Of a stretch of 64,000 bases of DNA, positions 12,371 to 23,936 are shown piece by piece. The translations under genes were made by a program, and so were the position numbers. The stretch is from Camelus ferus. Its lineage: Eukaryota. The stretch spans positions 74,340,001 through 74,404,000 of the forward strand of contig NC_045697.1 of NCBI RefSeq assembly GCF_009834535.1. Reading direction: 5' to 3'. The notes below the pieces were generated by a model, which ran no database searches, had not been told where the DNA came from, and saw only the letters and a program-made list of their open reading frames with translations. How positions within the stretch are numbered: the stretch's first letter is position 1; the number at the start of each line of letters is the position of its first letter.

Positions 12371-14699
12371 CACACACACATTTTACTATATCTTCAGTGT
12401 GTTTTTTCCTGAATTGCCCAAATATTTAACAACTCTATGGTCTATAGAATGTCTTCTATTGTAAATAGAAGCATGGAAATGTAAATGACTTTAGCATTTG
12501 ATATCCACCAGCAAAGTACATTCATATATGAAAAAAAATTTACTGCAGTCTTTTACATTTCCAAAATTTGAGTTGGATTTTTCTTTTTATTTCTACCATG
12601 TTCACTTTTTAAAAGTTTATTATTTCTGCTTTTATCTTACTGTTTTCTTCCTTGTATATGATGTTTTTTATTTACTTGATTTCTTGGATCAAATGCTTCA
12701 ATTGTTTACATTTCCATGCTTCTTGTTTTCGAACAAGTGTACTTCTATTAAAGGCTGTAGACTTTTTTTTTCTGATACCTGCTTTGACTGTATTTCTTAA
12801 GTTTTTATACAGTGTTCTCATTGTTATTCACTTCTTAATAGTATGTGGTTCAATTTTGATTAATATTTTCATCCTCGAGTTATTTATGGAGTGTTTTAAA
12901 TTTCAAGGTGCTTGCTTAGTGTTTGTTTTGATAACTTTATGAGTTTTGATCACGTTATGATCAGCATCTCTAACCTAGTGCACGATCAATTTTGTCAATG
13001 TTCATGTAAAAATGTGAGTTCTGTCTATGTTGGACACAAAGTTTATATGTGTGCATGTGTGTATGCGTTCATAAATAAAATATCTTAGATTCTTTTGAAA
13101 CACCTAGAAACATTGTGTAATCTCCCTTGAAATAGCAGGCTGGAGCTGAGTAGGAAGCCTGTCCCCACATACACTCACATAGGGAGGCCATTCACTCCTC
13201 AGCTCCAGCCTATTCTGTATGTAAACACATACATATATAACAGAGATCGAAAGGTATATAAACATCTGCAGATAGTTTACCTAGTTCATTATTTAAACAT
13301 TCAATTCCCTTACATTTTATTGATTAAATTTTAAAATGTGTATTATAGTTTCCACTTTGATAATGGCTTGTCAAAGCCTTCTTTCATTCTAAATTATTTG
13401 TTTAATAGGCTTTGATACTTTGCCATTTGTGCATAAAAATTCACAACTGGCACATACCAATAGAGTCTACCTTTCAAATAGTGTGCTATTTGATTATTTT
13501 AGCCTTGAATTATCTTATCTGATATTAATATTGCAGCTCCTATTTCTTTTTGCTAGCTTTTTACCTGGAATATTGTTAGTCATCCTTTTATTTCCATTTT
13601 TTTCCCTACCATTTTATTTTAGTTGAATTTTTTATTGTTATTAATTCTGAAAATCCATATCTATGGTGGCCAGATATAACATTCACCATGTTTGGTCTTC
13701 TGTAGGCCATCTGGCTTTTTCTTTTATTCATCATTGTTTCTTATTATGTTTAGTTTTCTCTTTTTCTGAATTTTGCTAGGTTGATCACATTTTCTTGTCC
13801 CCTTCCCACTTTCTAACTTTGGTTTGTGGTGTGAAAGTCACAAACTGGTAGCCCTTAAGCCAGGGGAAAACACACTTGTGTTCCTTGGCCCATACACTGC
13901 TAAAACATTTTTTTAAATTATTTGCCAACTTTTAAAAAGCTACAGATTTGTATATGGACATTTTTTGGAACTGGCTAAGTGGAGTTGGATCAAATATACA
14001 TTTAGTTTGGATTTAGGGGCTATATTTATGTGGCTTGTAGTCATTTCCGGGTACAGTAGAGTTCTTGCCATCCATCCCAGCAGAGGATTGACGTCCAAGA
14101 AGTTCCTATAGCCCTCTGTGCTGACTCCATTCCTTTCTAGGAAGAATGTTTCCACACCTCAAAAAGACCTATTGGGAAATGGAGGAGGGCTGGTGAGGGG
14201 TGGTAAGGGAAGAAGATAATGTGTGTGTTTGGAATTCAGCAAAGGAAGCCCAGTTTGTCAGTATAGGTTCACAGACAGCAGCCCATTCTTGGGAGTTTGG
14301 TACTCAGACTTCCTGGGTAGTTTGTTAGAGACCAGAATTCATATTCTTTCTCACTACGTCTTCCCTTTTACTTTCCTGCCTTTCCCTCCACCCCCTCTTT
14401 TTTTTCTTTTTATTTGAGTGCATAAATAAGTAGTTGGTATAAATCACATGAAGATCGTTGTACTGTACTTTAAAAAGGAATGGAATTCTAAACAAAGATT
14501 GCTAAGAGTGCAGAGCATGAAATTCACATGTTAAAAGGCAAGAATTCCTTCAACTTTCTGTCATGCCTAGCTCAGAATGAAACTGTCTCTCCTGTTTCAA
14601 GCCAGTCCCATCAATAGGCTCTTACTGCCATGCCTGTCATTTCCTGAGTGTCTTTACCATCAAACCTCTTTTCTCCCATGTCTCCCTGTGGCTTCAAAG

Positions 14700-15820
14700 C
14701 TTAGCTTTTTGAAAGTGGGGTCTACTTTATGTCTGTATTTACTTACATCTCATTCACTCTTAAACTCTCCGCCATCTGCCTGTTTTCTGCATCACTTTAC
14801 TGAAACTAAGTTATCTAGAGTCATCTCTCTAGGGCGACCTTCTCTCTGTCACATTCACTGGACGTGTTTCAGCCCTTAACTCATGAAACCTGTCTGCAGC
14901 ATGTATCACTGTTCAGCTCCTCCTTGGTAACAGTACAGGCCCTTGCTCTTGCATCTGTGGCAGCATGCTCTCCTGGTTGTGACTTTCCCTAGTCTTCTTC
15001 AGTGGCTTTTATTCCTCACTCTGCTCTTTAAATATTGCTATTCCCTAGGGTCTGATTCTACTCTCTTCTCTTCCAAAGCCCATATTCTCCCTAGGTCACT
15101 TTATCTTACTTCCATGGCTTTGGCCACCCCATGTATTCTGTTAACTCTCAAATTCGTTTCTCTCCTGAGCTCCTGACATGTATATCCAAGACTGTTTTCA
15201 TCTCTCTAGCTGGAGGTGCCATTGTGCCAAAACCTGGACATGCCTAAAGCTAAACTCATCCTTTCCTCTTCCCATATGCTCACTTCCATTCCTATGCTCT
15301 GTCCTTCCTCTCAAAACTCTTTCTCTTCAATTAAGAGTACAGTGTTAACATCTCCTCAATTTCCCAAGTTAGAAACATGGGAGGCGTCTTTGGTTCTTCT
15401 CCTGTCTCTCATTCTCATTCAGCCATTCTACTTATTTCTCAAATTCTTCATCTCTTCTTTATTCCTTCTTCACTTTTCTGTCTAGCTCAGGTTTAATCAT
15501 CCTCAGAAGTCATTCCCAGATTTCCCTCCTTTTTTCTCATCTCATCATTGCTCCACCTCTAACACACACAGACAGACACAGATACCCAGAAGAGAGTACT
15601 TCACATATGTGCTTTCACAGCACTCATTGTGTAGCTCTGTTTTAGGACTTACCGCAATGTATCATAATGGTCTGTTTACCTACCTGTTCCTATGTGCAGC
15701 CTTTCCCACAATTTGAGATCCCAAAGGGTAGTGACTATTTCATACTCATCTTTGTGACCTCTGGGATATATCACAGGGCATGGGCCATGATAGAAATAAA
15801 ATAAGTGCTTGTGGAATAAA
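14700..15820 (+). mobile_element. L2 fragment (ORF2 to 3' end), degenerate
   Basis: Pyrimidine-rich L2 pattern (cactttactgaaact...; ends gtgcttgtggaataaat). Confidence 0.65.
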
Positions 15821-16180
15821 TTTAAATTAGAAGCAAGAGATATTAACCATTGAAGTGGGTTTCACAGAAGGCTATAAAATCTCCTTTTTTGACCTTATGT
15901 AAAAATTTACAAATACCACATAGGCAATTTTGCCTGATGTCACTATGATTTCTTGGAGACTTTCCTAGGTTTTAAGAGTCTTAAGTTTGAAATTTCTTTC
16001 AGGGTATGGACGTGAAGAAAAGTGAGAAATACCAGTTTTATTCTTATAAACTAAAATAATGTGTTTTGTGAATTCACATGACACAAAATGCTAAATTGTT
16101 TCACAGAGAGGCAAAGTGTGGAAGAGAATATTCAAAAATGATACCAGTTGTGGTGATGCATAATAGTTGCCCAATAAATA

Positions 16181-16822
16181 CAGTAAATCACCTTATTCAT
16201 AGTAGTTATGTTCTATAAAATCACTGCAAACACTGAAATAGCAGATACTGAACCATTGCTCTTGGGGAAATATAGGATTAGGTTCCTGCGAGCCTCTGGT
16301 CACATTTTTGTCAACTGAGCATACATAACCTTATGTGTATTTCTGTTTAAAGACATCTTATTTAATATATATTGTTGACTAACATTGAACTCACAGCCAA
16401 CAGCACTATAATGCGTGCCTGAATTAAATTTATCTAATGCACACATTTTCTCCATAAGGCTTATCCTAACCCTCTTGCACTGAAGAACACTAGACAGTAC
16501 TTCAGCACTATGCTTGGGAACCATTTTAAAATGTAAAATCACCAACAAAAAAAGCACAAAAATATGAAAAAATATGGGACCAAGTAGACCATGAAAAGGA
16601 CACTTGTTTCCAGTATGAGAGCTGAAACATGAAGGCAGAGCATTGCCTTGTTCAGCCTCAGCTGGAAACATGTATGTCAGGCCATTCATATTTTTTGTTG
16701 CTCTGTTCATGTCCATGAATAACTACGAAAGCACCACAAGTATTGATTCTGAGGTTACAAATAAATTTTAGTGAGTAAGAAAATTCACAAACATGGAGTC
16801 TGTGGATAATGAGAATCGCCTG
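16181..16822 (-). mobile_element. MER82-like TcMar-Tigger non-autonomous DNA transposon, apparently full length
   Basis: TA target dinucleotides on both sides, CAG...CTG imperfect TIRs. The minus ORF 16300-16716 carries a decayed transposase N-terminal HTH fragment (MVPKHSAEVLSS...EKMCALDKF.SG.HYSAVGCEFNV). Confidence 0.88.
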
Positions 16823-19008
16823 TATTTCATTTGTTCATTCTATGCCAGGCCTTGGAGGTACCAAGATGAATGAGTGCAGACCTTGTTAAATAAATTGTTA
16901 GGGTTTCGGGGTTAAAATGGTTTTTCTTTCCTCCTCCTCCTCTTTCTTCTTCAAAACTGCTTTTATAAAATAACAGGTATAAACTCTGATCTAATTTTAC
17001 AAAATTGAATTAAGACGTAAACATTTATCTTTTATGAGTAGTAGGACTTTGGTTTGAAGTTCGTCAATATGTTATTTGATTCACCCTTCTACTATAGTAA
17101 GCCTGAAATAGTCTCTGAGTCTTTTGACAGAGACAAAAGTGGATAATTATGTCAGGAACAAAAATTTAAAGTAAATAAAATTAGAAGCAAGCTTTTGATG
17201 TCAGATTTAGAAAGGCTATTCACACCAAGATTACATGAAACCACCTGTCATTTTCTTATAGTAATTTATGTTTACTTTTCTATCTTCTCTGTTTAAAATC
17301 TTCTCTTCCAAGAGACATTCCATGGGTGCTCGTGAAGCCAAATTGATGGAGTCTAACAGATGTGGTCTCTAGTACCTCTTTTTTTGTACTTATTGGCTAT
17401 GTGACTGGACAAATTAACTTTTCTGAGCATCCTATTTCCTCAGTTGTAAAATAAGGATACTGAAGGATATCCTCAATTGTAAAATGGGAATAATATTAAT
17501 GAGAATATTTTCAGTTATAAAATGAAGATAATGTTATGGGGATGAAGTGAGATACTATATAAAAATTACTTAGACTAGCTAGAGCCTGACATGCTTTGTT
17601 TCTTCATTTCCCCAGAGAGAGGGAGCAGACTCTTAAAACACTTGTATGTTAGAGAAAAGGGTTCCATTGCCTTCAGAGGTAAATGTAGCTGTGTAAAGAA
17701 TTCTTAAGCCACAACTGTCTTCTATCAAAACTCTTTAAATCTTGCTCCCTTGCGTTTCATGTAATGCTCTAGGGAAATCTGAAGCCAACCTGTCTTTTGT
17801 ATATATGTAGATAAACAGTTATCCTGCCTTAAGCCATAATACTTAACATGTTTCAGCTGATTAAATTCTAGTTCAATTTTTCTTCCTCAGGAAAGGCAAT
17901 AGTCTTTTCATTAACTTTGCCATAGCAGGTGAGTTCTTTCAAATATAATTCATAATTTTTGTCTAGGAAAATTTCCTTCCCTCAAGACAGTATTTCTTCA
18001 AATAAAATTTTCATTCCATTTATTCTGGCCTTCTTCTCAGGAACACCTGTTATTCACAAATTGACTTTTCATTGTCTCTTCACCACATCCCTCAGTTCTC
18101 ACTTTTCTCTAACTCTTTTTTCTTTGCCGTTCTCTTTTGCATGTGAGAAGTCTTTAAGTCATAAGCCAGTTTTTCTGCAGTAGCAATTTTGCTTAACATT
18201 TACAATGAGGTGCTTGCTGTGGTTTTTAAAGTTATAATAATACTCCACTTCCAGGAAGATCGTATGTCTGGAACTATGTAGAACACATCTGTGAACCAGG
18301 TGGTAAGCCAAAAAGTCTCTGGTCTCTTGAAGTAGTTGGGCAAATTCCACCCTCTAATGTGAAGTAGATACAAATGAGAAGCAACTTACATTTACTGAAA
18401 GTCAGTGGTGTAGCTGGGACTATGCTATGGTGCTATTTATTTCTCACAATAGTCCTATCAGATAGGATTGTTATGTACACTTTACAGATCAGAAAGCAAA
18501 TACTCAGAAAGATTTGGTATCTTGACAAGGTCAGACAGCTAATAAATGCCTGAGCCAGACCTTAAATACCAAAACCTTTGTTCCTTCCATAATACCATTT
18601 ATCTCATAGTAGTACACATTCCCTCTAGAAAAGCTCCCATTTGGTCTTCCAGTCATAACCTATTTTTCCTTCTTGTTGGCACTGTACTCAAATTTCATTG
18701 GCTAGGCTCCAGGTCTACAGGGAGGAAATTGAAAATAGAGAATGTTAGAATAAACATTATAGCAGCAAGAAGTTTCTTGCCAATAGCTGGAGAGTGAGAC
18801 AAAAGAACTATAAAAAGCAGACTAAATTTACTAATTCTAGTAAAAATTAGAATATATATATCTCTATAACCACTGAGGGCATTATTATAATGCTGTATTG
18901 TAGATAATTGATATCCATAAGTATGTCTTAGATTTAGAAAGGGAAGTTTATATTATATTCGAGTTTTTAAAAGAAGGCTAACAAATATGCAACCAATAAA
19001 CTTTATTT

Positions 19009-19167
19009 AGGTTTGGTTTTGTTTTTTGGGTTTTTTTTTTTTGGAGGAGGGAGATAATTAGGTTTATTTGCATCTTTATTTTTAGAGGAGGTACTGTGGA
19101 TTGAACCCAGGACCTCATGCATGTTAAGCATGTGCTCTACCCCTTGAGCTATATATACCCTCTCCCC
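19009..19167 (-). mobile_element. tRNA-Ala-derived SINE (Vic-1 type)
   Basis: The reverse complement has the tRNA-like head (tagctcaaggggtagagcacatgcttaacatgcatgaggtcctgggttcaatcc) and an A-rich tail. Confidence 0.87.
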
Positions 19168-19273
19168 TAACAACCTTTAAATTGTACTCAAGTTTTTAAA
19201 ATAAGGCTAACAAATATGCAACCAACTTAAGAAAGTCCAAAATTGTAGAAAATATTTTTGGTTGTTAGTAATT

Positions 19274-19300
19274 GCAAGCAAGCAAGCAAGCAAGCAAGCA
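19274..19300. repeat. (GCAA)n tetranucleotide microsatellite
   Basis: gcaagcaagcaagcaagcaagcaagcaa seen directly. Confidence 0.9.
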
Positions 19301-22300
19301 AAGCATTCCAAATGACTGTCAATAGGAAAATAGATACCGTATAGCTCGACAATGGAACACTTAGTAGTGAAAACAAAGTACAGGTTCATATATGCATGAA
19401 TGAACCTTAGAAAACAGTGGAAAATACAATTTGCAAAAATAATGTATAAAATATAATTACATTTACCTATAGCTTAGAAATATTCAAAACTAAATGATGT
19501 AGTATTAGGTTTACATATCTATGTGGCAAACCTAAAAAGAAAGCCATTACAATGGTAAACACAAAATTCAGGATAGTGATTGTCTCAGGGTAGAGAAAGG
19601 TGAGGGAGGTACAACTGATAGGGACATATACACAGGACTACTTCAGGAGTATTAGTAATGTTCTATTTCTTAAGCTGGGTATTGGATAACTCAATATTCA
19701 TTTTATTACCAGTAGTATTATTTGTAACATATATGTAAAATACATTTGTATGTATGAAATATTTAAGAACAAAAAATTTTACAGATTTTAGTTATGAGAA
19801 ATGTTTCCAAAGATATCAGATAAGTGTTTCATTATTGTTATTATTACAAAAGAAAAATAATCGGATGGTTACATCAGGCAGCTCATTTAAAAAACAAAAT
19901 TTATTAATTTATTTACCTAAAGAAACTCCTTTATATTGGAATGTTGGGTACTAATGTACAGAAGATGGTTTTTACAAGGGGAAATTTTTGAAATAGAAGT
20001 GAAATCCTCTAAATTACAATATGCTCTGTGAAAACATGTTTTCTAAAATTTATGGTGTTTTGGGTGAATGAAGAGCAAAATTCTAGTAACAAAACACTGC
20101 ATTAAATTCTAGAAAAAATGTCACCAAATTCAGAGAATTTACATGTTGTGATATTTAATGTTAAGCCCTGAGGGTGTTTTAGAAATTTGGGTGGGTATTT
20201 TGGTCCTCTAGTAACCATGACTGAGCATATTATAATACTATTCTTTTATAAGATATTTATCTTACTTCCTTCTATTATAACTAAATTATTTTTATCTAGA
20301 TTATGTAGGTAGGTAAGCTATATTATTTTTGAATCTTGCCTCAGAATAGTTAAGGATAATATTACAAAACATTTGTTAGAAAAGGGATATTAGAACTATT
20401 AGGGCTGAAAAAAAAATAATCTGTACACACTTGGATATATGGACAAATTTTTTTGAAGGGTTAAGTTCAAGCCAGAAATCTCTAAGAAAAATTAAATTTT
20501 GTGAAGATTTAGGAAGCTTTATGTATTTCCCCATTGTGTGTGTATTTTAATTGCATTATAATCCATAATTAATAATCTCATGCAGATTGACATATATGAT
20601 TAAGGGGAAAAATCTATTAATTTTTACTTCTTGCTTATGAATAAAAGGATTCTGCTTTCTTCTGGTTAAATCTCTAGAAGGCACATATATATCTTGAAAT
20701 GTTTTCAAATATTTTTCATTGAGAAATATTTCTTCATATGAAATAGTTTTAATTTCATCTATAGTTTTGGGAGGGAATGAATTTTGGATTCTGCCATGTT
20801 TTTTATTTCTTTTTATCAGGTGGTTTGAGAACAGAGTACACGCTGATACCTTGTATGACTGTCCCTCTTTATATGCAAAATGCTTTACTTTTCCTGGATA
20901 CTAATCTCCTTAAAAGCTAATACCCAAATCAAACAATGTACCCTTTTCATTGCTGAATAAAAATAGGTCAGGAAGGGATTAAAAGACTGGCACTGCACTA
21001 AAGTGAAGCAATGAAAGTTTCACTCTTTAAGCTCTCCCTTGTTATGTGAGAATTTATAAATTACCAGTTAATTTAGACCCCTTCCTTCTGCCGTCTCTTA
21101 CTGGGTTCTCAGAATGTAAGCCTTTATTGTTCATATATATGTATGAAACATTGTTTTCCTAGAAATTTTCCCATTGCATCTGTTAGAAACTTTTTAGTAT
21201 CAATTAGCATTGAGTCCACTTTGCTTCCTCTGTGTATTTAATCAATGAAGAAACTTACATTGATTTTGCAAAATATTCACTTCCTCAGTTTCTGTTACTG
21301 TTTTGTTCATTCACTTCTCCTTTTCTCTTAAGTATCTGATGATGGGCACTATGCCCTGAATAGTCTCAGATTTCTTAATAGCCTTCAGGTTACTGAAGTG
21401 TTTGAGTCAATAAGCATATTTGAAAATCTGCTAGGTACAAAGAGGTATAAAAGTAGTATAGAGCTGGATAAGACAAAAGGATGCGAAGTCTCAGTGAGAA
21501 TCCCTTAAAATAAGACTGATAACTACAGTACCAATGTAAATTCCATCAACTGATGAAAACAGCTTTATGACTTTGAGGATGATATCTAAACTTTTTGAAC
21601 CTCTTGTATGCATATGGAAAATGGAAGGTAAATACATATAATATATATATTATATATATATATATACACACACACCTTTTATAGAGCTTTGTATAAGTAG
21701 TTTTCAGTACAAGAGACAACGTATTCAAAGTACTTAGCATAGTACTGTCATGTAAGAGGATTCCAATAAATGGTTTATATTCTTAGTTCTATCATTTTAT
21801 TTGGCCAGTGAACCATGTTCATTATCTCTATGTATTCTGTTTTTCCTATTCTCAACCTATCAATTATAAAAGGATATCAGAGTCTCCATTTCTTTGCCTC
21901 TAAAATGACTGGATTAGATGGTGCGTTCTTGGGTTTCTTCCATCTTTACAATTATATAGATCTTTGTTTAAGGGAGTTGGGTCCTTAATACTAATAATCC
22001 TTATCTAAGAATTTCTGAGTCGACTCAGTATGTGTAACTATTGTGTATCTTCTTCTCTCTTCAAATTTTTATACTTCCTCCCCTTCTCTCTTAATTCATA
22101 GACGAAAAATAAACACAATCAGGAGAGGTTCTACATGCTTCCCCAGCAAAATGTGCCAGCACACTGGCTTCCATCTATATCCATACACTGCAAGTCCTCC
22201 TGCCAAATTCCCATTTAAGCCCAAACCTCTCACAGTGCGCTGTATCTCAGCCCCTCATGCCCTTAATAGTTTTTTTTTTCCTTTTTCTCCTGAATCATGC

Positions 22301-22469
22301 CTATCAGATAACAAAAATGCTAACGTGTCTTTCTTTTTTTAAAAATTCTCTCTTAACCCTGCTTAACCTACTGCTACCACTCCATTTACCTCCCCCCCCC
22401 CTTTAAACAAAATACCTTAAAAGTCTATGCTTTCAATTTCTCTTCCTCCACTCTCCTCTCAATCTTTTG

Positions 22470-23350
22470 TTAAAAAATTACAAACCTATTGTTTTTAAGT
22501 TGCACAAGTAAACAGTGAATACCCATGTAGGCTTCATACCAATTTTTACTAGTTTATCTTACCTTACAATATCTTTAACACATTCATTTTTCCTGAACCA
22601 TTTGAGATTTCCTTGCAGACATTGTGACATTGCATCCTGAAATACTTCCTCATGTTTCTCCTAAGAATAGGGACATTCTTCTAGATAACCCCAATTCAGT
22701 AATTTCAGGGAATTTAACATTAACACAAGTAATATTATTGAATTTACAAACCACATTCAAATTTTCCCAATTGTTCAATAAAACTTTCTCTCTCTTTTAA
22801 TACCCAGTATCCAATCAAGGATTGTGAGTTGCTTTTAGTTGTCATATATCTTTAGGCTCCTTTAACCTAGAACCCTGGTCTTCATAATTTTTGTCTTTTA
22901 TGACATTGAATTTTTTTTTAAGAATCTAGGCCAAGTTTTTTGCAGAATAGTCTCAATTCAGGTTTATCTGTTTCCTCTATTAGATGACTGTACTGTTGGC
23001 AAGTCTACAATAAAGTGACTCCTAAACGTTTTTAGCAAGTATACTACAGAGTTGATGTATCCCTCTGAGTGCATCACATGATACCACTTTGCTTCAATAT
23101 TCGTGATAAGCTTGATCACTAGGTTAAGGTGGTGCCTCTCAGATTCCTCCATTGTAAAGATACCGATTTTCATTTGCAGTTACAATCTCTGAGAAGCTAC
23201 TTTGAGGCTGTCTTGTTCCCCAGTGGTCTTTCACCTGTGCTTTTAGCATCCATTGATGATTCCTACCCAAGGCAGTTATTACCGTGGTCATTGTAATGTG
23301 GTGATTTTCTGTTTCTATTAGGCCTTACACATTTATTAGTTGTCCTTCTC
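22470..23350 (-). mobile_element. L1MC-like 3' region interrupting an L2
   Basis: Same motif set as 2340-3910. L2-like sequence flanks it (about 22050-22470 and 23350-24690). Confidence 0.65.
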
Positions 23351-23627
23351 TCTCAAACCCCTGATAATCAGGCTGATGCCCCACCACTCCTACAAAACTG
23401 CTGTTGTCAAAGTCACCAATCACTTCTATTTCTAAATCCAATGGACAAGTCTCAGTCCTTATTTTCCTTGGTGTATCAACTGCATTTGACAAAATTAACC
23501 ATTCCCTTCTCCTTGCTATACTTTATTTGGCCTCTGAGAAATGAATAGAATGACTCTTTATTAGTCTCCTTTGCTGGTTCTTCAGCCTCTAAGCCTCTAA
23601 ATGTGGAAAATCTCAGGATTTAGTCTT

Positions 23628-23936
23628 TTTTTTTTTTTTTGCATTCTTTTTTATTGAAGTATATAGTCAGTTCACAATGTTGCGTCAATTTCTAGTGTAC
23701 AGCATGTTTCGATCATACATATACATATACATATACTTGTTTTCATATTCTTTTCCATTATAGGTTACTATAAGATATTGAATATAGTTCCCTGTGCTGT
23801 ACAGTATAAACTTGTTGTTTATCTACTTTATATAGTTAGTATATATAAAGGTAGTTAGTATCTGCAAATTTTGAACTCCCTATTTATCCCTTCCCACCCC
23901 ATTTATCCCCTAGTAACCATAAGTTTGTTCTCTGTG
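23628..23936 (-). mobile_element. 5'-truncated younger L1 3' end (cetartiodactyl type) with poly(A) tail and 13-bp TSD
   Basis: TSD aggatttagtctt at 23615-23627 and 23937-23949, with a T-run at the left. The reverse complement reads tatactgtacagcacagggaactatattcaatatctt...aacctataatggaaaagaat. Confidence 0.9.

Noticed and set aside
16300..16716. 138-aa ORF with a transposase-like HTH segment
   Set aside because: Internal to a non-autonomous MER82-like element, with no DDE domain. No sign of domestication.
22015..22028. 14-bp palindrome ctgagtcgactcag
   Set aside because: A few palindromes of this length are expected by chance in 64 kb. No supporting context.
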